Shown piece after piece: positions 25,497-34,791 of a stretch of DNA of 64,000 nt (positions are counted from its first letter, which is position 1; each line of letters begins with the position of its first letter). The notes under the pieces are model-generated. The model did not search any database and was not told the DNA's origin. It worked only from the letters and a program-made list of their open reading frames with translations. This DNA is from a virus: positions 64,001-128,000 of IMG/VR virus record IMGVR_UViG_3300045988_139474. One strand, 5' to 3'. The translations under genes were made by a program, and so were the position numbers.

Positions 25497-26764
25497 GAAT
25501 TTCCTTTGGCGATTGAGCCCTTATACATAGCCAACTCTGCTTGAGTAATGCTAAGCATTCGGCCTGTTGGGGTCATACGGATAGCTTGAGTGATATCAGA
25601 CTGGCCACGACGCATTTTGGCGATATTCATCATACCAATCTTATGATTGCCTGGGTTTCTAACCTTACCAATGGTAATCATGATATCAACGGTATGCTGT
25701 TTGCGTGAGGATTCGCCAGCGGAATCTAAGCCCAGAAGCTCCTCACCCCACAAGTGGGATTTCGGCTGAGAAGCAATCATAACCACACGCGCCTTAGCAC
25801 CTGTTGGTCGGGCAATTTCGGTTGCGCGCTCATAAATCTCACCGCCTGTATGATACATATTGTCAGGGTCAGAGTTGTCAGCCAAGTTTGAGTCATAGTC
25901 AATTACAACCATATCATACTTGTCTGGTTCTTCCTCCACCAAGTTTTGAATTTCGGCTGAAGTCAGCTTCTTACTAGGCACCAACACCAAATCAATATTC
26001 TCAACGGCCTTTTTAACAGCATCAGTATAGTAGGCAGCTGGGTTCAGAATCACCTCGCTGTACGGCTTATCCAAGACTGACGATGAGATACGCGTGATGA
26101 AGTCAAAGCGTAACAAGTCACCCAAAGCAATATACAACACCCGATAGCCAGCCATTGAAGCATGGACTGACTCTTGAATCATAGCAGCCGTCTTACCTAA
26201 GCCAGGGACACCCACGACCATAACAACGCTGCCCGGCAGGTATCCACCGAAAGCAGAAGCATTCTTAACAGCGTCAAAGGAAGTCGGCAAGATACGGTCA
26301 AGTGTACCCAATTCCTCCTCAACCACTTTTGAGGCATCCAAAGATTTCAGCTGAATCACGTCAGTGGCTGGCGACAATTCTTTCGGAATCTCGCTAATCA
26401 AATCAACCATTCGGTCGATATTCTGACCTTCTGAAGTTACAATGTCGGCGATTCGTTCACGCTTGTAATAGTGAAACATGCCTGACGCCATAGCCCTGAC
26501 TTGAGGCTCGGAGTTACAGGCACGGATGTTACTCGCAATCTTAATGAAAGTTTCCAGTTCAGCTGGTACCAATTTATTTGCTAGGACGGCTCGTGTCGAT
26601 TCTGGCTCCCACTTACTGAGGTCAAAATTCGATTCCTTCATGAGCGTTTTTGCAACGTCCGTTTTCCATGGGAACGTCTTTACAATGCCTCGCGTCATCC
26701 GACTCATCATCGGGTTGAACAGCGAAGCCAGAAAGTTCATTTCTGAGTTCAATTCCATACTCAA
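25493..26764 (-). CDS. DnaB-like replicative helicase (RecA-fold)
   Basis: 423 aa. Walker A GVPGLGKT and Walker B MVVIDYDS; general DnaB C-terminal domain layout. Confidence 0.6.
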   Translation of the reverse strand: MSMELNSEMNFLASLFNPMMSRMTRGIVKTFPWKTDVAKTLMKESNFDLSKWEPESTRAVLANKLVPAELETFIKIASNIRACNSEPQVRAMASGMFHYYKRERIADIVTSEGQNIDRMVDLISEIPKELSPATDVIQLKSLDASKVVEEELGTLDRILPTSFDAVKNASAFGGYLPGSVVMVVGVPGLGKTAAMIQESVHASMAGYRVLYIALGDLLRFDFITRISSSVLDKPYSEVILNPAAYYTDAVKKAVENIDLVLVPSKKLTSAEIQNLVEEEPDKYDMVVIDYDSNLADNSDPDNMYHTGGEIYERATEIARPTGAKARVVMIASQPKSHLWGEELLGLDSAGESSRKQHTVDIMITIGKVRNPGNHKIGMMNIAKMRRGQSDITQAIRMTPTGRMLSITQAELAMYKGSIAKGNS

Positions 26765-28239
26765 ATGTCCTTAGTTTGTTGTGTTTTCAAGATGAAGTGG
26801 TCTTTCAACATCTGCATTTTATGCCTCATCTGACGGTTCATTACGCCGTTATGCTTATCATACAGCAAGGCGCATGTTAACTCGGTCGTCCTAGCTGCAC
26901 GGCCTACAGGCTGTACTAAGCCTTTGAACGATACGCTAGTGATGGGGATAACGCTGTTGATGTTAGGAATATCCAAGCCCTCAGTACCCACTTGGTTTGC
27001 TATCAACACTCTAAACGCTTTTTGTGCAGCCAAAGCTTTCAGCTGCTCCAATGTCATAGATACCTCGCCAACAGGCGATAACTGAACTTGGGCGGACAAA
27101 AAGACTGTCCGAATGCCCATAAGGTTCAAAGCATTACAGATAGCAGTACCAGTCTCAATTGAAGTCGTCTCAGGTATAAACACGATACCGTCTGGCATAT
27201 CCCCAATAATCCTAGCTAACGTCAATGGGAAGTTAGGGTGCTTCAGGGTACAAGCTCCGATGAACTGAGGTGTTGGAACATCTTTATCAAGGTTTTCGGC
27301 CACTACTTGCTCATACTCAGCCTTGCTGATAATTTCCGCATTGTAGCTTACCAAATTGATAGGCACTTGTAGCTTCACATGGATAAGAGATTCCCCGAAA
27401 TATTCCAGCATTGCGAAGTTTTGCTGAGTCAGCTGTTTTCTCAATACTAGGTCAGGTGTCACCTCATGTCCAGACTTAGCGTCAGCTGAGCCAGTGAAGC
27501 CATACAGGAAGTCTGGATTACACGCCTTGATAACCTGTTTCCAAGTATCAGCTGAGGCGTGGTGAGCCTCGTCAGCGATTAGAAGGCCGACATTCGACAA
27601 TTCATCCCAGCGTTCAGGCTTGGTAGCAGCTGACTTGACGAAGCCTGTTGGGTGAATCAATTTCACTCGGCTGGTATCAACGTCATACTGCTTCAATCGC
27701 AGTTCCAATTCCTTCAGCAGGTTCTTGGTAAATGAAATCAGCACAACGTCTTTGTCGTGCTGTTCCAAGTATGATTCTACCAGCGCGGAAATGATAGTTG
27801 CTTTACCATAACCAACAGCCAGAGACACAATGCCTGAACTCTTCTCTTTCAATAGCGCAGCCGTCTGTAACTGAACTTGGTCGTATCCCATGTCCTTCTT
27901 AGGATGAGACGCAAAGATGCCCAGCCAGCGTTGTGTTATCTCAATTCCTTTGTCGTCAGTCTTTTCACCAACAACCTTATAGGGCATGCCGTTAGCAGAC
28001 AACACATATTTCAGGGTGCTCAATAGGCCTTTGAAGACATACAGGCATTTATCCTTCAATCTGCTGTCGCGCTTGAGGTAAGCTACATCTTCATCTGCGA
28101 CAGTCCATTTCTTGAGGTGATACAGATACCGTCTGTTTTGTTCCCTCTGGGTGAATATACGCTCGAAGCTATTATATTCCCTGTCTGTCTCAAACTCGAT
28201 TCTAAGCTGGCCGTTTTTCAGACACTCAACTGTTATCAT
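26761..28239 (-). CDS. SF2 DEAH-box helicase (UvsW / type III res-like)
   Basis: 492 aa. Motif I AVGYGKAT, motif II IADEAHHA, motif V-like GTEGLDIPN, motif VI QPVGRAAR. Confidence 0.75.
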   Translation of the reverse strand: MITVECLKNGQLRIEFETDREYNSFERIFTQREQNRRYLYHLKKWTVADEDVAYLKRDSRLKDKCLYVFKGLLSTLKYVLSANGMPYKVVGEKTDDKGIEITQRWLGIFASHPKKDMGYDQVQLQTAALLKEKSSGIVSLAVGYGKATIISALVESYLEQHDKDVVLISFTKNLLKELELRLKQYDVDTSRVKLIHPTGFVKSAATKPERWDELSNVGLLIADEAHHASADTWKQVIKACNPDFLYGFTGSADAKSGHEVTPDLVLRKQLTQQNFAMLEYFGESLIHVKLQVPINLVSYNAEIISKAEYEQVVAENLDKDVPTPQFIGACTLKHPNFPLTLARIIGDMPDGIVFIPETTSIETGTAICNALNLMGIRTVFLSAQVQLSPVGEVSMTLEQLKALAAQKAFRVLIANQVGTEGLDIPNINSVIPITSVSFKGLVQPVGRAARTTELTCALLYDKHNGVMNRQMRHKMQMLKDHFILKTQQTKDI

Positions 28240-30080
28240 AGCATGTCTCCATATGTGATATCATACTTGTGTTCTCGGTTCTTCGTCAGGCTGCGAATCA
28301 GGCCTTTCTGTACCTTACCTTCAACGCGGAAACCATCATACTCATATGATGCGATTTTCAAGCCTTCGGCTCGTAAGCCCTCGATTGTATGATGGATGAA
28401 ATCCAATTCTTTGCCTTGGCAGTACCATACCAACAGTTTGCTATGAGAATTGAAGATTTCAGAATCCTCTGTAATCACACTTACACCGTTGAAATACATC
28501 TTCTTGCCTGTAAAGCCTGTTACAACTTGACCGTTTTCAAAGATAGCCTCTTGGATGAACTTAGCTCGTTGAGTCGGAGCATCTTGACCCCAAACACGTG
28601 TTCTGCGTTTGATGTAGTCAATTGCGTGAGTATGGATTGCTTCGGATACTCTGCCCCAGTAGTTCACGATACTGTCCCAAACTCTGTCGGCTTGTTCTGC
28701 GGAGTCAGTTGCTTCCCAGATGCGGGTGTAAACTGATGACGTGGCTTTATCTTCCAAGCTTGCGCCCATGAAGATTGCATTGGTACAGTCTTTAAACAAC
28801 TGATACTCCACACCGCACAAAGCTGCGATAACACGTTTGTCTTCCAAGTAGTCATCAATCAGCTCAGTTACTGTTCTGCCTCGTTGGTTGTCTTTAACAC
28901 TAACGAATTGGCCATTTTCATCAAACTTGCGTTTCACTTGATAGGCTCGGAAAGCGGTTTTTCTCAACAGCATTGGGTAGGCTGATTTCATGTCCACTTT
29001 GGTTGCTTTAGCAAACAGGTGAGATTTCAGACGGCCTTTGAGTAAGGTCACACTTGAATTGTAAACTCGTCCATAAGCAGTAACAGTCACATCGTCTGCG
29101 TTGAAGACTTGCAATTTGGTAACATCCGCCTTGACTTTAACAGTCAACGGATTCACTTTCAGACGTTTGATAGCATCAATATCGCCCAAGTTGATATCAG
29201 GAATGCTGTTATCAATCTCAATCTCAGTAAATTGGCCTAAGGCTTCTACCAATTCTTGTTGTTTTCTGAAGCCCTCAGCAGTCAGTACAACACCGTCTTT
29301 GATTTGGCTCAGATGGAACTCGGGTTTGCGGTTTGCATACTCAGTTTCCATATAAACAACTTCAAGATTGTTTGCTTTCCAGATAGCTTTTCGGCTTCTT
29401 GGAGATTCATACACGCGTAAGACTTCTTGAATTGCTTTCCACATGAACTCTACAGGCAGAGCAAGCGCAGCAGGCTTAGCCTCGAATTTCTTGTTGTAGC
29501 GTTCAGTCAAGATGTCTGCATAATATGGGCTGATATGGTCTTCAGCATAAGTGCCCAGGAACAGCGCCAATGAACCCGCAGCCCATTTACAATTGCGGGA
29601 TACCTCATCAGTCGGAGACTGACCGCGACCAGTCAGTACAACACCATCTTCGTCAATCAGGGTTGCACCGTTCAGGCCACCAGCTTGAGCTTGTTGGTTA
29701 GCTCGGTGACCGAAAGATACCAGCCAGTGTTCTTTGTCGAACTGGGCTTGAGTGATTACTCGTTTCAGGCCGTCTATCGTCAAATTGGCCAGGAGTACAG
29801 ACAGAGGTGTTTTTGAGTTCAATTTCAGGGTTTTCACACCTTGTTTGATTGCGGATTCAGGCGTGTCCGCATAAACAACTTGAAAATCTGTTCTTGTATC
29901 AATGTAGCCTTGGATTGTCTCACCCAGAGTCACTTTCACTCTACGCATTATCGATTGAGGTAGCATGTTAACCAAGTCAACAATGCTAAACGCAGTATTT
30001 TGAGCCGTTGCGTCGTCAGGTCGGGCGGTGACCTTTGCGGCTTTGAATTCAACATAATTGTTGTGTTTAGCGGTTGACAT
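28236..30080 (-). CDS. divergent family-A-like DNA polymerase candidate (no recognisable exonuclease domain)
   Basis: 614 aa. Motif-A-like KVDMKSAYPMLL (D363), motif-B-like FKDCTNAIFMGAS (K430), then QGKELDF and motif-C-like SYEYDGFRVEG (D582). Spacings of 67 and 152 aa fit Pol A rather than Pol B. Confidence 0.45.
   Translation of the reverse strand: MSTAKHNNYVEFKAAKVTARPDDATAQNTAFSIVDLVNMLPQSIMRRVKVTLGETIQGYIDTRTDFQVVYADTPESAIKQGVKTLKLNSKTPLSVLLANLTIDGLKRVITQAQFDKEHWLVSFGHRANQQAQAGGLNGATLIDEDGVVLTGRGQSPTDEVSRNCKWAAGSLALFLGTYAEDHISPYYADILTERYNKKFEAKPAALALPVEFMWKAIQEVLRVYESPRSRKAIWKANNLEVVYMETEYANRKPEFHLSQIKDGVVLTAEGFRKQQELVEALGQFTEIEIDNSIPDINLGDIDAIKRLKVNPLTVKVKADVTKLQVFNADDVTVTAYGRVYNSSVTLLKGRLKSHLFAKATKVDMKSAYPMLLRKTAFRAYQVKRKFDENGQFVSVKDNQRGRTVTELIDDYLEDKRVIAALCGVEYQLFKDCTNAIFMGASLEDKATSSVYTRIWEATDSAEQADRVWDSIVNYWGRVSEAIHTHAIDYIKRRTRVWGQDAPTQRAKFIQEAIFENGQVVTGFTGKKMYFNGVSVITEDSEIFNSHSKLLVWYCQGKELDFIHHTIEGLRAEGLKIASYEYDGFRVEGKVQKGLIRSLTKNREHKYDITYGDML
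29026..29037 (-). repeat. perfect AG-type DNA uptake sequence (AGGCCGTCTGAA)
   Basis: The plus strand reads TTCAGACGGCCT, inside the polymerase-like CDS. Confidence 0.8.
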
Positions 30081-30252
30081 GATTGTCCTTTCACGATTGA
30101 GAGGTTATTATATCGAAATTTGCTAGCAAAATCGAATGTGCCTCGCCACTGGAATATTGTCTAAGCCAAGCTCCTAGACAAAATTGTAAGTCATTGATTC
30201 TGTTCAGAAGAAAGTTTCAGGCCTTTCGTCTTTCTTCTCGCTTGGGGTGTTC

Positions 30253-30290
30253 ACAATACACAAAGAACGGTAGGATGTAAAAGCGCATTT
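30253..30290 (-). promoter_or_regulatory. class-2 promoter-like motif
   Basis: Minus-strand reading is AAATGCGCTTTTACATCCTACCGTTCTTTGTGTATTGT (TTTACA, 17-nt spacer, TATTGT). First promoter of the minus-strand arm. Confidence 0.55.
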
Positions 30291-30359
30291 TCTTTAAAAT
30301 AATTTCGACTTTTTCGATAACTCGTTGTTTTTACTAAGAAGAAAGTTTAAAATATTTTC

Positions 30360-30810
30360 GATTTTCTTTCCCTGCTGGGGATTAAGGTCAGGGATTGAGG
30401 GAAATTTCAAGCTTCAATCTTCAGGCCTCAAGCTTTCGGCTCGATTCCTCTTGTGATTGAGGGTTATACAGGCTCAAGCCTCGCTCAGGCAGAAGTTTCA
30501 TGTTTCAACAGGTTTGAGGAGGATTCATGACTGATTCCTTCTTATATTTCCACTCTTGCTTGACCACATAGCAGAGCCTTTCATGTTTCAAGTCTCATGT
30601 TTGATTGAGGTAGCAGGGTAATGAATGATTGTTTCATCTCTAGCCTGCTACACCACACAAGCAGGCAGACGGTTTAAGCTAGGATTTCACTCAACATCAG
30701 GGTTGAGAATTGAAGATTTCAGCCTCATGGCTTGAGATTTAGGATTCATGATTGTTGAGGGATTGAGAGGGTTTATGATTCATGTTTCAACACTCAATAG
30801 TAGATTATAA
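30360..30810. repeat. degenerate short-repeat field (GATTGAGG, TTCATGATTG, CATGTTTCAA, AGGATTCATGATTGTT)
   Basis: Multiple near-identical 8-16-mers read by eye; no ORF of 60 aa or more on either strand. Confidence 0.7.
30643..30666 (+). other. conserved hairpin H1 (GCCTGCT, CA-rich loop, AGCAGGC)
   Basis: 7-bp stem followed by AGACGGTTT. Homologous hairpins lie at 31197 and 34792, with a compensatory C-G to T-A change. Confidence 0.6.
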
Positions 30811-30948
30811 GATATATAATACCTGAGGTTGATATTGTATCACATCTATGACATTGAAATCGTATATTTCGTGACTAACTTCTTATTTTCGCAAGGGAAT
30901 TTTTAGCCAAAATCCTGTATTTATGTACGGAATCCCAATAGTTACAAG
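30811..30948 (+). repeat. conserved ~145-nt non-coding element, copy A
   Basis: GATATATAATACC..ATTGTATCACATCTATGACATTGAAATCG..TTTCGTG..GAATTTTTAGCCAAAATCCTGTATTTATGTACGGAATCC. Confidence 0.85.
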
Positions 30949-31196
30949 ATTCAGCATTCAGCTTCTGTATCCCTGTCAACAGATTTCACCAGTGTTGATT
31001 GATTTCGCCTTTTAGCTTTCTATCCTCTGCTTGACACTCACCCAGACGGTCGGATTTCAGTCAGTCATTACTCATGCTTCAGCAGGGTTGAGTAGGATTC
31101 ATGATTGTTACCCCTTCTTCTGCTGACTCAGGCTACAGGCCGTCTAGTTTCATTGCTTCAGCAGTGTTGATAAAGACTGATTCTGTTCCATCTCTA

Positions 31197-31219
31197 GCTT
31201 GCTACGCTCACACGCAAGC
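31197..31219 (+). other. conserved hairpin H2 (GCTTGC, CA-rich loop, GCAAGC)
   Basis: Same flanks as H1 (TCTCTAGC...CAGAGGGTTT). Confidence 0.55.
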
Positions 31220-31358
31220 AGAGGGTTTCTTATCTCATGTTTCAGCATCATGATTCTCAAATTTCACGATTTCATTCTCATGGCTGATTGAGGATTGAGA
31301 GTGAATGACTGATTCCTGTTCAACAGCAGATATTAAGTCGGTATCGTTTTCTAATTTA

Positions 31359-31375
31359 ATATATATATATATATA
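31359..31375. repeat. (AT)8 dinucleotide microsatellite at the AT-rich box of copy B
   Basis: ATATATATATATATATA; the other copies have only 2-3 AT units here. Confidence 0.9.
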
Positions 31376-31505
31376 ACCTGTAGTTTGTTATTGTATCACA
31401 TCTATGACATTGAAATCGTTTATTTCGTGGATAACTTCCTAATCCGCCAAAAGAATTTTTAGCCAAAATCCTGTATTTATGTTCCGATTCCTGTACCCGC
31501 CAAGA
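31359..31505 (+). repeat. conserved ~145-nt non-coding element, copy B
   Basis: Aligns with copies A and C-F; about 230 nt upstream of the first plus-strand gene. Confidence 0.85.
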
Positions 31506-31733
31506 CCAGCATAAAAATATCGAAAAATCTTTCCCAATGTTGACTGCCTAAAGACGGTATCCCCTCTGTAAGCGCGGCAAGGCCAATTAACGTAATTTTT
31601 TGGTAACACCCTAATATCTATTGATGTATCGCCCTACACGATTTCGCAGAGCGTCGCTGCTAAGTCGTTGATTCTTCACGGGAATGATACAAATGGCCGT
31701 CAGTATCGGCACTATTTACAGGAAGAACTGAAA

Positions 31734-32183
31734 ATGACCAATCAGGTAATAAGTCTAAATTCCAGTTCATTGCCAGCTACCTTGTCTGATATCGACAAGC
31801 ATTTTGATATCGACCAGCTTCAGGTACACCGTATTGCAGCACAGCTGTTGTTGACTAAATTAGCCAACAGGGAAGCTGTACGGCTCGAAAAGCTCGTCAA
31901 TTTCAGAGATGCTATTGAAGAGCAGCTATTTGATGAAGACCGCATCGACAAGTTGACTCAGGAAGAGTTGATTGCTTTGCACCAGTTGATATCAAGTAGT
32001 GAGAGTCAGGCATACGGCCAAATTCAGAAAGTTAGCAAAGATGTGAACCTCGAAGAAGTGAAAGTCCATATCAAGATTCTGTCACAGTCAATGAACGATT
32101 CCGATAATCCAAACCTAGTGGACAACTCAGAAGCCGCAGCTGTAGCACAACGATTGCTGTCGCAAGTGGAAAGTAAGAAGTAG
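31734..32183 (+). CDS. hypothetical protein, possible small terminase subunit
   Basis: The ATG at 31734 (MTNQVISL...) follows GGAAGAA. 149 aa, helical/coiled-coil character, located two genes upstream of the large terminase. Confidence 0.35.
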   Translation: MTNQVISLNSSSLPATLSDIDKHFDIDQLQVHRIAAQLLLTKLANREAVRLEKLVNFRDAIEEQLFDEDRIDKLTQEELIALHQLISSSESQAYGQIQKVSKDVNLEEVKVHIKILSQSMNDSDNPNLVDNSEAAAVAQRLLSQVESKK

Positions 32184-32199
32184 TCCAGAAAGAAACATC

Positions 32200-32430
32200 A
32201 TGACCCCGATTAAAAGACAAGCGTGTAATTTGACTGTTGGAAAAGCCGTAACCCTGCCTTCAGGCCGCAGGGCTATCGTGCTTGAGATTCAGACAGAAAG
32301 CATTTCATTCTGCTATGCTGATGAGGCTGAGCTGTTCTCATTTGAGCTATCCCGAAACAAGTGCATTGAACTGTTCGGCAATACCCCCGAATATCGTGAC
32401 TACTGGACGCCAGCCAATCAAAGAATCTAG
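32200..32430 (+). CDS. hypothetical protein
   Basis: 76-aa ORF between the candidate TerS and TerL. Confidence 0.5.
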   Translation: MTPIKRQACNLTVGKAVTLPSGRRAIVLEIQTESISFCYADEAELFSFELSRNKCIELFGNTPEYRDYWTPANQRI

Positions 32431-32447
32431 GCCGAAAGGACTGACTC

Positions 32448-34250
32448 ATGAGCCAATCAAGCGAGATTGTAGCATTAGATAACAAGGTGCTATTTGAGAT
32501 TGCCAAGAAAGCAGGCTTTAAAGAGGAAGTCCCAACGATTGAGCAATTTATTGATGACCCTTACTATCTTGGCAAAGTGTTGGGTGACGGATTGTATCCT
32601 ATTTGGCGAGAAGCAGCCAAGAAGCTGTACCCCAACCCTTACCATTCACCATATGATGAAGTCATTCTATCGGGTGCTATCGGTTTGGGTAAATCGACTA
32701 TGGCACTGCTCATCACTTTCTATGACCTTTGCCGAGTCATGTGCTTGGAAGACCCGCATAAGCATTATGACCTAATTTCCTCAACAGTCATCACATTCCC
32801 AATGATGAATGCAACCAAGTCCCTTGCGTCGAAGGTGCTCTGGTCGCAATTCGTGGATTGGGTAGAAGCAAGCCCATTCTTCAAACACCGTGTTGATACC
32901 CGCAAGGGTGCTAAGACCTTCTTCAAAGGCAACATTGATGTTTCGACAGGCTCACGCGGCAGTGACTACTTAGGTCAAGCAACCATCGGTGCAATCTTTT
33001 CGGAGATTAACGACATGACGGTTGTAGCTGGCCAAGCAGAGGACAACCTTGACACAATCTCCACTCGTAGGGATTCCCGATTTGGCGGTAAAGGTAAGGA
33101 AATTCTAGGACACATCATCCTTGATTCCTCTAACAAGGGCAATCGCTCATTCATTGATGCGCGCCTTGAGGAAAAGGAAAAGAAAGGCTCAACAGGACAT
33201 ATCGTCTTCAGCTTCTCACACTGGGAAGCAAAATGGCACTTGGGAGGATACTCAGGCAAATTCTTCCAAGTGTACGCAGGCGATGAGTTTATTGACCCTT
33301 TCATCATTGATGATTCCAATTCCGACATGCTTCCAAACTTGAAGCCTAATCGTATTGTCGATGTCCCTGTTGAGCATAGGGAACAGTTTGAATTCAACAT
33401 CATCAAATCATTACGTGACTTGGCTGGTGTTTCAACTTTCGGCACGGCTTCCTTTATCTCATCCAATGAGGTTCTCAATCGCACGTTCATTCGGCCTAAT
33501 CCTGTTACCAAGGATTTGATAGTGCTAGACTTCTTCAACGACCAGTCATTGCGGGATTACATCGACATCGGGTTGTTGAAGGCGTTATGCGACAAGCCCC
33601 GATTCATCCATATTGACTTAGGCTTGACTACTGACTCAACAGGTATTGCTTGCTCATACATTGACAGGTACGAAGAGGTGAAAGCTTATGACCCTGTCAA
33701 GGGCACTCAGACGGTAGTTGTTGAGCCAGTATTCGTCAATGAATGGCTGATGGAGATACGGAGCATACCAGGACAGGAAGTCCCAATCCACAAAATCAAG
33801 AAATTCATTCTTGATGCAAGGGCTGAGGGCTATCCAATTGCTTGCGTTTCAACAGACGGCTTCCAATCAACCAACCTGCGGCAGGATTTACTGTATGCTG
33901 GTTTTGAAGTGAAGCTGATTTCAGTTGACCGAACCAAAGACCCTTACTATCATTTGCGCTCAGCGATTCTCGAAGGCCATGCAACAGCTGTCGCCTCAGA
34001 AAAGCTCAAGCGTGAAATCAGGGAATTGGAAGAGCATGATGACAAGTTTGACCACCCACCACCTCCAGCAGGCTCGAAAGACTTGTCTGACGCATTATGC
34101 GGTTCAATCTGGTCAGCCAAAGAGAACATGCAGCTAGCAGACAAGACGAAAGTGACCAAGCAACAGGCTGATACATTGCTCAAAGTGTTGGAAAAATCCG
34201 CTCCGAAAGAACAGGCATTCAAAGCTAAATTGATGGGCGGTTACAATTAG
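32448..34250 (+). CDS. terL: terminase large subunit
   Basis: 600 aa. Walker A GAIGLGKST, then IGAIFSEIND, and C-terminal RNaseH-like nuclease acidic residues (FIHIDLGLTTDSTG, VSTDGFQS). Confidence 0.8.
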   Translation: MSQSSEIVALDNKVLFEIAKKAGFKEEVPTIEQFIDDPYYLGKVLGDGLYPIWREAAKKLYPNPYHSPYDEVILSGAIGLGKSTMALLITFYDLCRVMCLEDPHKHYDLISSTVITFPMMNATKSLASKVLWSQFVDWVEASPFFKHRVDTRKGAKTFFKGNIDVSTGSRGSDYLGQATIGAIFSEINDMTVVAGQAEDNLDTISTRRDSRFGGKGKEILGHIILDSSNKGNRSFIDARLEEKEKKGSTGHIVFSFSHWEAKWHLGGYSGKFFQVYAGDEFIDPFIIDDSNSDMLPNLKPNRIVDVPVEHREQFEFNIIKSLRDLAGVSTFGTASFISSNEVLNRTFIRPNPVTKDLIVLDFFNDQSLRDYIDIGLLKALCDKPRFIHIDLGLTTDSTGIACSYIDRYEEVKAYDPVKGTQTVVVEPVFVNEWLMEIRSIPGQEVPIHKIKKFILDARAEGYPIACVSTDGFQSTNLRQDLLYAGFEVKLISVDRTKDPYYHLRSAILEGHATAVASEKLKREIRELEEHDDKFDHPPPPAGSKDLSDALCGSIWSAKENMQLADKTKVTKQQADTLLKVLEKSAPKEQAFKAKLMGGYN

Positions 34251-34328
34251 CTCAAAATCAGCTACCTCACCAATTTCAGGTCAGGTATTGCTTGTTGAGA
34301 ACAGGGCGTTATCAGCTGGAATTTACCA

Positions 34329-34350
34329 TCGCTGGGGGATATACCAGCGA
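34329..34350 (+). terminator. hairpin downstream of terL (terminator candidate)
   Basis: TCGCTGG, 8-nt loop, CCAGCGA, followed by GTTATTT. The T-tract is weak. Confidence 0.3.
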
Positions 34351-34560
34351 GTTATTTCAGTCATCAGAATCCTTGTTTTTGATTGATTTTAAGATTTCAG
34401 TCTCATGGCTGTTAAATCCCTTGTTTTCAGTCTTCAGGCCTCCTGATTTCTTGATTCTTGCTTTCGGGATTCTATCCTGACTGCTTGATTCTTCTCTTCG
34501 GGATTCCGTGAGGGCTGTTTTCAAGGATTCCAGTTTCATGGATTGTTAGTTTTCTTTATT

Positions 34561-34702
34561 TAATATATAGTATAACTTGTGTTGTGTATATTGTATCACA
34601 TCTATGACATTGGAATTGGATATTTCGTGGATAAGTTATTATTTTCGCAAGGGAATTTTTAGCCAAAATCTTGGACTTATGTTCGAGATTCTGTCTAGGC
34701 CA
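34561..34702 (+). repeat. conserved ~145-nt non-coding element, copy C
   Basis: TAATATATAGTATAACTTGTG..ATTGTATCACATCTATGACATTGGAATTGG..GAATTTTTAGCCAAAATC.. Confidence 0.85.
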
Positions 34703-34791
34703 GGATTCAGATTTCAACTCTTGTATCGCAGCCTCAAGTTTCATCAGTCAATGATTGATTTCAGGCTTCCAGCAGTCTGTTTTCAACTCTA

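Noticed and set aside
30811-31505. Neisseria Correia (CREE) miniature transposable elements.
   Set aside because: No terminal inverted repeats of the TATAGTGGATTAACAAAAA type are present, and the element ends are not inverted repeats of each other.
30081-31700. Possible CRISPR array, or a solitary CRISPR repeat acting as an RNA anti-CRISPR, in the repeat-rich intergenic region.
   Set aside because: The repeats are short (8-16 nt), degenerate and irregularly spaced, with no constant repeat-spacer periodicity. ATTGTATCAC resembles the end of the Neisseria type II-C repeat only superficially.
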